From Phaeosaccion multiseriatum (lineage: Eukaryota > Protista > Ochrophyta, other classes), in the NCBI GenBank assembly GCA_965112735.1, contig OZ218956.1:1736001-1800000 (forward strand): a DNA stretch of 64,000 nucleotides, read 5' to 3'. A model generated the notes under the pieces. The model was not told the DNA's origin. It made no database searches and saw only the letters and a program-made list of their open reading frames with translations. Positions 13,761 through 25,458 of this stretch are shown here, one piece after another. Both the position numbers and the translations under genes were made by a program. Every line of letters begins with the position of its first letter. Position 1 is the stretch's first letter.

Positions 13761-14040
13761 TGGCTGACTGGTTGGGGTTGGCTGAGGCTGGAAGAGTAGA
13801 GGTTTGGTCGCTGGGGTCGTCGGCTCTGCTTCGCTTGAGCTGCTTCCTCTGCTGCTGCTGTGGTTGATGTTGTTGTTGCTGTTGTTGTTTTTGTTGTTGT
13901 TGTTGTGTATGTTGTTGTTGTTCCACTTGCTCTGTCTCCCTCGTTCTCTCATGAATCTTGTACTCATCCCTTTCCTCATGATCAGATCGGAAGCGAGCTT
14001 GACGCCATTGGAGCCGACAAGGCCGAGGCCAAGGTGAGCA

Positions 14041-14074
<34 letters not shown>

Positions 14075-16677
14075 CATGTGTGTGTGTGCATGTGTATGTG
14101 TGTGTGCGTGTGTGTGTGCATGTGTGTGCATGTGTGTGCATGTGTGTGTGTGTGTGTTCGATTCTCCACGTCCCCCCTGCCAGGTCCTGACACAGAATCA
14201 AGATACACACGTCACGTTGCAAGCCCCCAAGTGTCTTTTTCAACCTCTCTCATCCAGCTCCTCTCTCCCTCTCTTGCCCTTCCCCCCTCCCTTCCAACCG
14301 TCCCTCCCTCTTTTCCTCCCTCCCTTCCTCCCTCTCTCCTTCCCTCCCTCCCTCCATCCATCCACCCATCCATCCATCCATGCCCCCCTCCCACCCTCCT
14401 CCCTCCGTCCCTCCCTCCCTCACTCACTCACTCCCTCCCTGCCGGCTGGCTTGTTTTCCCTTCCTTGACAGGTGCGGCGCATCTTGACGGGTCTGCAGTT
14501 CACAGAGGAGATGCAGGACGGTGCGTACGCAATACTCCCAAAGGCTGTCCTGACCCCTTTCACCACTTAAGGATGCCTGTCCTTCCTGACCCCCTCTACT
14601 AGTCAAGTGTCCCTTCCACTCCAACTACTCACTCACTCACTCACTCACTCACTCACTCACTCCCCCTCCCCCCCCCTCCCCCCCAAGGCCCCACCACCAT
14701 TCTCTCTGGCGGATGGCGAATGCGCGTGTCGCTGGCCACGGCTCTCTTCGTCGAGCCTGCTCTGCTGCTGCTCGATGAGCCCACCAACCACCTGGTACGT
14801 ATGTTTGCACGTACGTTGTATGTATGTATGCTGTCTGTGTGTATGTCTGTCTGTCTGTATGTATGTATGTATGTATATATACATGTGTATGTAATTATGT
14901 TTGTATGATGACTCAGTGCCATGCTGCTTGCTCCGAAGTACAAACACTTGCTTGCAACTGCTGCTGCTGTATCACCAACTGCTACTACTGCTGCCACTGC
15001 AAGTCCTGCAATCCCCCATCTCGGTGCTGAAACAGTACCACTCCATCCTCAATGCATCACCCCTCCTCCCTCCCTCCCTCCCTCCATCTATCCCTCCTCC
15101 CTCCCTCACTCACTCCCTCCATCCATCCCCCCCTCCCTCACTCACTCACTCACTCACTCCCTCCCTTTCTCCCTCCCTTCCGTTCTCCCTCCCTCCCTCC
15201 CTCCCTCCCTCTCCCCTCCCTCCCTCCCTCCCTCTCCCTCCCCCCCTGCCCCGTACATACGCCCAACCCTCTGATGTTGTGCGGTGATGACAACAGGACC
15301 TCTACGCAGTGCTGTGGCTGGATGACTACCTCTCCAACCACTGGACACACTCCCTGCTTGTGGTCAGCCACGACCAGGACTTCCTCGACTCGGTGTGTAC
15401 AGACATCATTCACCTTGACGCTCTCCAGTTGAGGTATTATGGGCACGGGGTTGACAAGTTCCGGAAAATGGCCCTCCAGGTAAGGGGTGGGTGGGTGGGA
15501 GGGAGGTAGGTAGGGAGAGAGGGGAGGGAGAGAGGGGAGGGAAGGCGGTAGAGGGAGGGAGGGAGGGAGGGAGGGGGGGGGGACAGAGAAGGGTGAGAGG
15601 ACCCTGAACAAACATCTTATGCTTGTGTTTTTCCGCGGTTGGGCTTTGTTGCTGGGGTGAGTAGGTGCAGGATAAGACTGAGAAGGACTATAAGCTCCAG
15701 GAGAAGGAGATCTTGCTCCACAAGAGGAAGGGGGAGAAGAGCAGCAAGGCGGAGGAGGCGGCCATGAAGAAGCTTGGCATAGAGGTGAGTCAGCGAAGGA
15801 GAGCAAGGGGGGGGGAGGAGGGCAGAGACTTGCAGAGACTTGCCCCAGCTTAGAGCTGTGAGCCTTTTCTTTGTACTCACGGGAGCGTCATTCGACCCCA
15901 CTCCGCTGCACTCCACCTCACCCCCCTCCTCCTCCTTCTCCTCCTCCTCCTCCTCCTCCTCCTCCTCCTCCTCCTCCTCTCCCTCCCCCCCCTTCTCCTC
16001 CTCCTCCTCCTCCTCCTGCTCCTCCTCCTCCTCCTCCCCCTCCTCCCCCTCCTCCTCATCCTCCTCCTCCTCCTCCTCCTCCTCCCCCTCTTCCTTCTCC
16101 TCCTCCTCCTCCTCCTCCTCCTCCTCATCCCCCTCCTTCTCCTCCTCCTCCTCCTCCTCCTCCTCCTCCTCACCCCGCCCCACCCCCATGTAGACCCTGA
16201 TCGAGAGGCCGAAGGAGTACCGTGTGAAGTTCTCCTTCGCATCCCCGGACGACACAGTGCCCTCCATCTCGGTGCTGGGGGTGTCCTTTGGGTACAGAAA
16301 GGACAAGCCTCCGATATTCAGCAACTTGTACTTCAAGGTGAGGGAGGGAAGGAGGGGAGGGAGGGAGGGAGGGAGGGAGGGGGGGAGGGAAGGGGAGGGG
16401 AAGGAGAGAGAAGGGGGGTGACGGGAGGGAGGGAGGGGGTGAGGAGCGCAGGAAGGGAGGAGGGAGGAAGGAAGGAGGAAAGGAAGCAACGAAGAAAGGA
16501 AAGAATGGGAGAGACGAAGGAAGGGCAGAAGGGAAGGGAGGGAAAGAAGGAATGAAGCGTATAGGAGCTCGCTTTACGTCTCTTAATCCAGCGGCACCGC
16601 TCCTCACTCTTGTTCTTTCCGCCACGTTGTTTCCCTGCCCTCGCTCCCTCCTGCGTGCCGGCCGGCCGGCCGGCCTC

Positions 16678-16720
<43 letters not shown>

Positions 16721-17772
16721 GTCGTTCGTTCGTTCTTTCTTTCTTTCTTCGTTCCTGTCTGCCTGTTTGCTGCCTGTTTGCCTGCCTGTCTGTCTGCCTA
16801 CCTACTTGCCTACTTGCCTGCCCATATGCCTGCTTCGCCACCTCAGGTGGACACTGATACGCGAGTTGCCATCGTGGGGCCCAACGGGGCAGGTGAGAGG
16901 ATCACTGTTTGGACGCACCGAACTCAATGAGAGAGGGGGGGGGGAGGGGGGGGGGCGTCGAACCAATTACGGCTGTGGATAGTGAGGAGGGGCGTCAAAA
17001 GAAGAGGAGAGTCGATGTGGACGTGGGGAGGAAGGGAGGGAAGGAGGGAGGGGGGCAGAGAAGGAACCAGGAAGAACAGACACTTCCTCCACTGAGCTTC
17101 ACCTTTGGTCTCCGTATTACTTGATGCTCAGCTTTCCTCCTCTTTGCCTCCCCCTCTCTCTCTCCCTCTCTCCGTCCCTCCGTCCCTCCCTCTCTCTCTC
17201 TCTCTCTCTCAGGCAAGTCTACCTTGCTGAAGATCATCAGCAAGCAGATCGATGACTTGGAGCTTACCTCGGGGGAAGTGACGCACCACCGACACCTCCG
17301 CATAGGGCGCTATGATCAGCACTTCGAGGAGTTGCTGCCTCTTAGGGAGAGCCCCATGGCCTTTCTGAGCTCGACCTACAATGTGCCGGAGCAGCAGAGT
17401 AGGAAGGTGAGCTCTCTCTCTCTCACTCACTCATGGCATGCTCTTGTCTTTCACTTACACATTACACCCACACATACACATATACGCATACGCACATACC
17501 CACACACACACACCCATACACATGCACACACCCACCCACCTACACACACACATACATATATACATACACACGGGTACACACGCACATCAACAGGTGCTGG
17601 GCCAGTTCGGCCTGGACGGTGCCCGACATCTCATTCCCATCCGAGAGCTGTCGGGGGGGCAGAAGGCGAGGGTGGTGTTCGCCTCACTCTCGCTTCAGCG
17701 GCCCTCCGTGCTGCTGCTCGACGAGCCCACCAACCATCTCGACATGGAGAGCGTGGAGGCCCTCATCGCAGG

Positions 17773-17803
<31 letters not shown>

Positions 17804-19269
17804 CGTACTTCCGTACTTCACTTTGAAGCTTTTGCGTGGGCTTTAGAAATGTGGTGTGCTATATATACTTAAATTGTATATGTGCTGTATTGTTTGCTAT
17901 ATACTTAAATTGTGATGCGCTGTATTGTTTGCTATATACTTCAATTGTGATGTGCTGCATTGTTTGCTTTACTTCAATTGTGATGCGCTGTATTGTTTGA
18001 AGCGGGTCGGAGGGATGACGTGCGATCGATCGATCGATCATCACTTGATCGTTGAGGCTCTGTGGCTCTTAGTGGTGACTGACTACCTGCCTGCCTGCCT
18101 GCCTTGCCTGCCTGCCTGCCTGCCTGCCTGCCTTGCCTTGCTTGCCATGCTTGCTCGTTCATTTTTGGTTGTCCATGTACTTCTACATGTTTATGGCTAT
18201 TTCTCGGTTCATCCATGTACTTCTACATGTTTACGGCTGTATCTCGGTTCATGGCATGGCTCGTTTCATGCCGTGGTTCATTTGTTCACTTGGTTCATTG
18301 TTTTTTGCCTCGTCTTACAAGTGTACTGACCGCTCACTGCATTTTCCCTCCCTCCCTCAAGGGGTCAAGGCCTTTAAAGGCGGAGTGGTGCTTGTCTCAC
18401 ACGACGCAAACCTCATCGCTGCTACCGAGTGCGAGCTGTGGGTGGTGCCGGGAGACGGCTCGCTACAGGTTCACACTGCCGGCTTTGACAACTACCGCAC
18501 CAAGCTCCTTCGCGAGTTGGCGATACAGGAGCAAAAGGCCATGAATAAGGCAATGGAGAAGGCGGAGATGCTTCGAAGGAGGAGAGTGGAGCGCAGCAGC
18601 AAGCAGGTGGGCAAGGGCGGCAAGCACATGAGCAAGCATATGGGCAAGCTCTCGCTGGGCAGCAACGCCTCGCGGAGAAAAGCCGCCCAAGAGAAGGCCA
18701 ATCCCACCCCTCCAGGTGTGTGTGTGTGTGTGTGTGTCTGTGTGTGTGTGTATCTGTGTGTGTATCTGTGTGTGTGCGTGTATGTGTATGTGTGTCTCTG
18801 CGTGTCTGCGTGTGTGCGTGTGTGTCGCTAAATGTGTGTGTATGTCCCCACCCCATGTGCCTTCAGCGCCTCAACTCTGCCTGCGCCCGCCTGGCCCGGC
18901 CTCTGCTCTCCCCTCCCTCCCCTCCTCTCCCCTCCCCTCCTCTCCTCTCCTCTGCTCTCCCCTCCCCTCCCCTCCCCTCCCCTCCCCTCCCCTCCCCTCC
19001 CCTTCTCTCCTCTCCCCCCCTCTCCCCTCCCCTCCCCTTCCTCCCCTCCCTCCCCTCCCCTCCCCTCCCCCCCCTCCTCTCCTCTCCTCTCCTCTCCTCT
19101 CCTCTCCCCTCCTCCCCCCTGCCCTCCCCTCCCCTCCCTCCCCGCCTCCCCCTTGCATTGTCTACGGTACGATCGTGTAGGCCCGTCCCCGGCCGAGATG
19201 GCTGAGCTCGAGGAGCGCAAGGCAAGCGTTAACACCCTCTTCAACAAGAAGGCGGTGGGCAAGTCCTAA
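10683..19269 (+). CDS. ABC-F family soluble ATPase (ABCF1/GCN20-like translation factor), 18 exons
   Basis: Two nucleotide-binding domains and no transmembrane segments. Walker A: GPNGRGKST (~13085) and GPNGAGKST (split across 16878-17223). Signatures [12 protein letters not shown] and [12 protein letters not shown]; [11 protein letters not shown] twice; H-loops VVSHDQDFL and LVSHDANLI. Charged Gly/Lys-rich N-terminus. Last exon 19181-19269. Confidence 0.95.
17860..17998. repeat. AT-rich ~36 bp minisatellite (about 4 diverged copies) in an ABC-F intron
   Basis: Repeating TATATACTT(A/C)AATTGTGATG(C/T)GCTGTATTGTTTGC. A separate ~39 bp duplication (CATGTACTTCTACATGTTTA...CTCGGTTCAT) lies at ~18174-18252. 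Confidence 0.8.
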
Positions 19270-19586
19270 CACCCTCTTCCTCTTCAACAAGAAGGCGGTG
19301 GGCAAGTCCTAACACCCTCTTCAACAAGAAGGCGGTGGGCAAGTCCTAACACCCTCTTCCTCTTCAACAAGAAGGCGGTGGGCAAGTCCTAACACCCTCT
19401 TCAACAAGAAGGCGGTGGGCAAGTCCTAACACCCTCTTCAACAAGAAGGCGGTGGGCAAGTCCTAACACCCTCTTCCTCTTCAACAAGAAGGCGGTGGGC
19501 AAGTCCTAACACCCTCTTCCTCTTCAACAAGAAGGCGGTGGGCAAGTCCTGAGGCCCTGAGGCCCTGAGGCCCTGAGGCCCTGAGG
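19230..19586 (+). repeat. Tandem array of 8 x 37/43 bp units spanning the ABC-F stop codon, followed by (TGAGGCCC)x4
   Basis: Unit TAACACCCTCTTC[CTCTTC]AACAAGAAGGCGGTGGGCAAGTCC starting at 19230, 19267, 19310, 19347, 19390, 19427, 19464 and 19507 (lengths 37, 43, 37, 43, 37, 37, 43, 43). Confidence 0.95.
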
Positions 19587-19903
19587 CTGGGTGGGGTGGG
19601 GTGGGGTGGTGTTGGGTGGCTTGAGCTGGGATGGGATGGACAGGGGGCGGAGGCAACAAGCAGGGGGAAGCAAGAGCAACGCACTGCTGAAGAAGGACAC
19701 GAACAATAACAATCTCTCTCTCTGCCTCTCTCTCTCTCTCTCTCTCCCTCTCTCTCACTTTCTCTCTCTCTCTCTCTCTCTCTCCAACAAGTTTCTGACA
19801 CCTCGAATAAAGCAGGTGCAAAGTGGTTTGGACCTTTATTTACATCTTGCGAAAAAAATTTACGATAATACTCGTCTCTCGTCCTTCCGTCTCCCTTACT
19901 GAC

Positions 19904-20266
19904 TTACTCAAACACAATGACCACGGTGGTGCAATCGTCAAACGGGTCCACAGAGTTACTCTTTTCACAAACGGCTTTGGCTAAACCCTCGACTCGGCCG
20001 GCGCCTTTCTTGTGGTGGCGGTGGTGGTGGTGGTGACCATCGCTCTTACGCTTGGCCCCTCCTCCTCCTCCTCCTCCTCCTCCTCCTCCTCCCCCCTTAA
20101 GCTTCTTGATGAGCATACTCTTGACAAGACTAAACTTGAGAACTCCCCATAGACCGTCACTGTGCGAAAACATGTGCACGAGAGCAGAGGCGAGAAGGAT
20201 GGCGAGAAGCGGTGGACGTCAAAGGGCGGGCGAAGGGGGGGCGTGAGTGTGTGAGTGAGCGCGCGC

Positions 20267-20297
<31 letters not shown>

Positions 20298-23033
20298 TGG
20301 ACGACTGAGTGAAGGAGAGTGCGTGCCTACAAACGTGTTTTCATGCTTGCATGCGTGCGTGAGCGAATGTGTGATTGAGTGTGGGAGTGGGTGATTGAGT
20401 GAGTGAGTGAGTGAGTGAGTGAGTGAGTGAGGGAGTGAGGGAGTGAGTGAGTGAGTGAGTGAGTGAGTGAGTGAGTGAGGGAGTGAGTGAGTGAGTGAGT
20501 GAGTGAGGGAGTGAGTGAGTGAGTGAGTGAGTGAGTGAGTGAGTGAGGGAGTGAGTGAGTGAGTGAGTGAGTGAGTGAGTGAGGGAGTGAGTGAGTGAGT
20601 GAGTGAGTGAGTGAGTGAGTGAGTGAGTGAGTGAGGGAGTGAGTGAGTGAGTGCGTGACTGAGTGGCTGAGTGAATGAGTGAGTGAGTTAAGCAAGTGGA
20701 GCACAAGAGGACCCCCAAGAACCGAAGAAGGACGGAGAGCAGCAGCAGCACCCTATGTGTGCACCCCCTCCCCTCACGCCTCATCACCCCACCACCCCAC
20801 AACCCTGTCACCCACCTGGCCAGTACCAAGAAGGGCGGCAACGCTTCCTCGCAGTCCCCGTCCCTCCCTCCCTTACTCACACCACTCCCGCCGAGCCCCC
20901 TCCCCCCGTCCACCCCCGCCAGTGGCACTCTCGGCATGTCAATGGTGCTAATCTCCGCTGAAGAAAGAAGCGTCCCCGGTGGCACAGCGTTGCGAACATC
21001 CATGTCCCCAATAGTCCTACTCGGTAGCAAGTTACCGGCGAACCGTCCGGCCTTGGTTACCTTGCATCCCGCGGCGGTATACCTCGCTACCTCCGCCTTG
21101 TTGCTCTTGTCGTGCGGCTCGGTAATGACTGTGCCGATTACTTGTCTCTTGCTGTTGTTGTGCTGCCCCTGCCCCAGTGGTCCGTGGTACATGGCTTGGC
21201 AATCCCCAATGTTGGCGAGCACGAGGGCTCCTTCGCAGTAGAGACCTGCAATGACACACGTGCCGCTCGTGTCTCCCGTCTTTTGGTACCTTTTCTCCCA
21301 CTCACTGTTGCCCATGCGGAGGGCCAACTCTAGGGCTATCTTGAGCTGCATCTGAATAGTGTGGAGCTGCCCAGGATGGGCGGGGCCGGTACTGAGATGG
21401 TGTCGGTCTCCGTTGAGCACCGAGGTTTGGCGGAGGAAGCGAAGCATGTTGGCCTTGAGGAACTGCGCACATGCTGTGGTAGTGTGTGTGGGTTGGTTAT
21501 TGGGGTGTGTTGTTATTGTTTCGTAAGCACAAGAGAGAGAGAGAGAGAGAGAGAGGGAGATGAAGGGAGAGGAAGGGGGAGAGGAAGGGAGAGAGGGAGC
21601 GAGAGAGAGGGGGAGAGCGAGAGAGAAAGAATGGGTGTTTGTAAGCGTTGTCACGCACACAAGTGACCTGTTGCCTCTCTCCTGCTTCAACTGCCACCAC
21701 TGCTCTTACTACCCCTGGACCGCCACCACTGCTGTCGTACTGGTGTATCACCAGCGCTTACCCAGCTTAGCGTACCCTTACGTACGTACCCCATATTCTT
21801 ACCTGGGCCGCCGTGTCCGTCAAAGACTGCAAATCCGTATACTGACACATCTGGTGCCGCCTTGATCCCGCTCGCTCCCACGGCGTAAGCGGGCACGGCA
21901 AACTTGTCCCACCACATGCGGTCCTCATTCTCATCAGACTTGTCTGGGTCGCCCTTGATGGACGCTCCATTGATGGAGGGCACTCTCGAGCGCTCTGTTT
22001 CGTGCTGCAAGGCGGCTTCTTCTTCCACGATCGCCCCTGGCAGTCCAAACAGGGGCCTTTTCACCACGCCTTCGCTTGGGCTTGCTGCCAGACTTAGGCT
22101 TTCTTCCACGCTGCCGCTGCCGATCTTGCTGCTCTTGTGGTTGCCACCGTCTCCGTGATGGGTCCCTAAACTGCTCCACCTATTCAGCACTCCCCTGCTC
22201 CCGGAGGAAGAGGATTGGGGCTGAGTGGCTGCTGCGAGATCGTCGCCCGTCACGGTTACTACCGGAGACGAGCGTCGTCGCACCACATTCATGAGTGAGC
22301 CAATGAGGGATGGCCGTGCTGGGTTCCTGTTTCCTTCTCCCCTCTGTTGCTCCTTTCCCGTGCCTCCCTCGCCCCCCCTTCCCCCTCCTCCTGCTCCTCC
22401 TCCTTCTCCTGCTCCTCCTCCTCCTCCTTTTGCCCCCCCTCCTTCTCCTCCTCCTCCTCCTCCTCCTCCTCCTCCTCCTCCAGCCTTTCCCCCCTCCTTG
22501 TCTTCTTTTCTCGAAACTCTGACGGGGATTGCGGGCAGATGTTCCTCTCTTACGCTAACAGCTGGACTCAGGCCCCTGCTGCCGCCTCTGGTCCCAATTC
22601 CTCCGCTCCCTCCGTACGGCAGCCCACCAGATGTCACAGGTCTGCTTCCACCACTCCTGCTGACGCCTCTGGTGCCGATTCCACCGCTCCCATCGTACCC
22701 AACCCCACTGGACACGGGCCTCCCACTACCCACCGCGGTGTGCGAGGCTCTTGGAAGCTCCTCCCCTGCGCCAGCAGCAGGAGTCCTGCTGCCGCCTCTA
22801 CTCCCGATTCCTCCGCGCGCATCGTTCGCTAGCCCACCAGACGTCACAGGCCTGCTTCCGCCACCCACCGTGGCGTACGAGGCTCTTGAAGAAGGCCGCT
22901 TCCTGCGTTTATGGCTACTACAACTACTGCTAGTGCGACCTCTCAGCTGCGCCAAATGGTCTTCCCCCTGCCTCTGCTCCTGCCCTTGGAGTCCGGGCGG
23001 GGCCGAGAGAGGAATGGGGGCCATGAGAGCCAT
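19904..23033 (-). CDS. Protein phosphatase 2C (PPM family) with long repetitive N-terminal extension, 3 exons
   Basis: Exons 23033-21803, 21473-20816 and 20159-19904. The PP2C motifs appear in order: NEDR, FAVFDGHGGPACAQFL, SGTC, ANIGDCQA, GRFAGNLLPSRTIGD, FLVLASDGLW, DDCTTVVI. The start codon (MALMAPIPL) is inferred. Confidence 0.92.
20396..20688. repeat. (GAGT)n microsatellite in PP2C intron
   Basis: About 290 bp of near-perfect GAGT/GAGG tetramer repeat. Confidence 0.95.
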
Positions 23034-24451
23034 CGAGAGGACGGAGCAAAGCCTCGTCTCACTCAAGGGTTCATAAGTGAGAAGAGGAGGGAAGGAGCTC
23101 AGGAGGTCGTTGAGCAAGGAAACTCAAGCCTTGCTCCTGCTCGCCACCACAGCATGGGCACTGCACAAATTGAGAGAGATACAAAGTAGGTAGGTGTTGC
23201 TCTTCGTCATTTTTTCTGAATTTGGAGCGAAACTGTCATTTGTTTTCCCGGCTACCTGATTTCCTACCTACAAGGCCATCTGGCATGGCAGCTCCAGCTC
23301 AGGTAAAGCCTCGGCTCTTGCGACGATCTGTCGTCCTCCAGCAATAGCAGCGGTTGCTTAGAGAGGCATACCTTGAACCCCAAGGTCACAGTGTGCTAAT
23401 CAGGCCGGCTGGCGCCATGTAATCAGTAATCAGGCCGGCTGGCGCCGGTCATAATCAGTAATCAAGCCGGCTGCGCCGGCAGTAATCAGTAACCAGATAA
23501 ACCTTGTCCATCCAGCCCCGACCATGGGTGATCACCCGCACTGGCCGTGCAAAAGCCCTCTGCTGCAGAAGGAGGCGCAGGTCACCCACCCACATGCCGG
23601 AGCGGCCTGCCTCCCCAAAGCTTCTGCCTGAGGATGCATTATTCAGCACTGACAAACAGGAGCGTGGAGTGGCAGAGGAAGGAGCTGCTGATCACCCTTA
23701 AGCCCTCCGCCGTACACCGACGCCACAGCCTGACCGCTGTCCCTCGGCGCTCATCCGCCGCTCCTGCCTTGTGGCGGGTGGTGAAGGAGGTGAGGACCGC
23801 TGCTGCCCGACCTCCCTCTATCCACCTCTGCAATACGGTCTGTCTGTCTCTCCCTCGGTCTGTCTGTATGTCAGACTCTGCGGCCATTGCCTTCCTCCAT
23901 GGCTTCGCATCTCAAACGAGCGGACGTCGACCTGCCCGGAGCTGAGCAGACCAACCACGGCCAAGCCAACCCCCCTTCTCTCCTCTCCTCTCGTCTCCCT
24001 CCTCGCCTCGCCTTGCTCTCTCTCTCTCTCTCTCTGTCTCTCTCAGCACCACGGGCGCATATGATGGTGTTGGCAAGCCAGGGCTGCAGGAGAGGAGCTC
24101 TCACCCCTCCTCATCCCTCGCAGCCGTCCCTCCCGACCAAGGGCTTCGTCCGAGTCCGACGCATCTCTCGTAGAGTAGCAAGTAGACCCACTCCTCTTCG
24201 CCGGCCCTATCACACCACTCGGAAGGGGAGGAGATCCCCCTTCCTCCTCTTCTCCACGTACCAGCGGTTCGATACTGAGTTTAGCTGTGGGGGGACGAGG
24301 GACGACAGGGTAAGCGGTGGGGGCGAAGCGTTTGCAATAGACACAGAAAGGGGGGGGGAGGGGGCCAAGAGGGTAAGATGTGGGGCCCGAGAGAAGGCGA
24401 GCGAGACGAGTAGAGGGACGGGGTGAGCAGAGCAAGACTGTGGCGAAGGGC

Positions 24452-25458
24452 CTATCCCAGGGCAGAGAGGCCTCGGTATTTGAGCATGGAGCCAACGCTC
24501 GTCTGAAACAAAACTGAGCTGGAGTGCTCCTGCTGGTGCTGGTTGCTCACCTCTAGCAGGAAGCGTTCCGGGAAGGTTCTGATGAAGCGCTTGAGGGTCA
24601 TGTTGGCAAGGGGCGGGGGGAGCTTGATTCTGTCCTCCAGTGAGATCAGGGAGGCTCGGCCCATGTGCTGCTGAAGCTGCTGCTGTCCCTTGTCCAACCC
24701 TCCCTCCCCAGCAGACAGCTCAGTCTGCGAGATAATAAACGAGAGTGGAACGGGCTTTGATGAGCAGCAGAAGCGGAAGCAGAACGAACGAATAGGAGGA
24801 AGCGTTCACGCCAACGTAGTGACAAGGGGGATGAAATGAGTCTTTCTTCACCCATCCACCCACCTCGATTTGCTCCAAAATCTTGTTCTCGTAGAATTCC
24901 ATTGGGTGCCACTTCCAAGACTGCTCCACCAAGGAAAGGGCGCGGGGGGGCGGGGGGCGTGTCAAACAGGAGGGGGGAGGAACAGTCCCCCAAGCAAGCA
25001 AAGGGGCCTTGGTCTTGCGGAAGACCCCCCTCCTCAACTCAGCTCACTCACCCCAGCCGGCACCGGCCTGACCTCACACACGGTGTTGTGATAGAATCCC
25101 ACCCTGTTAAGGTCCCAGTTCATGCGACTCGAGTCGAGGGCCTTGGGGGCGCCCTCCATCCGAATCTCTTGCCTGAGGGAGGGAGGGAGAGAGTGAGCGC
25201 ACAAGCATTAATGGCGAGCCTTGCTGCTCTTCAACAAGCCACAGAGATACGGAGAACATCGTCACACGCATCGGCTCGTCCCGCTTCACACACACACACG
25301 CACCGCACGAGCGCAATGCCTTTAATCTGCTTGATCATGTCTTGGATGTCAAACACCGTCTCGGTGCCCTGCACGCTCAGTACGAGGTCGTCACCCATGA
25401 CCCAGTCTCCCTCGACGGCACGCACAATCAGCTTGCGCGTCTCCGCAGCGGCCGCCAT
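24452..25458 (-). CDS. Hypothetical protein with N-terminal ubiquitin-like domain and small C-terminal helical domain, 4 exons
   Basis: Exons 25458-25304, 25172-25052, 24920-24864 and 24724-24452 join in frame. LSVQGTETVFDIQDMIKQIKGIALVRQEIRMEG...WDLNRVGFYHNTVCEV aligns by eye to ubiquitin ([33 protein letters not shown]...LSDYNIQKESTLHL). The C-terminal LKRFIRTFPERFLL resembles a winged-helix motif. The 3' end is uncertain. Confidence 0.7.

Noticed and set aside
15840-16242. Poly-Ser/Pro/Glu/Arg ORFs and similar ORFs (LTHS, PPSL, CV, ER repeats) across the window
   Set aside because: They are translations of intronic microsatellites lying between valid splice sites.
19230-19549. CRISPR-like appearance of 37/43 bp repeats
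   Set aside because: The units are contiguous with no unique spacers, derive from the ABC-F coding end, and there are no cas genes in this eukaryotic context.
23560-24200. Possible small + strand spliced gene (donor at 23790, acceptors at 23874 and 24046)
   Set aside because: Splice-like signals exist, but I could not build a consistent start-to-stop frame or recognise a domain.
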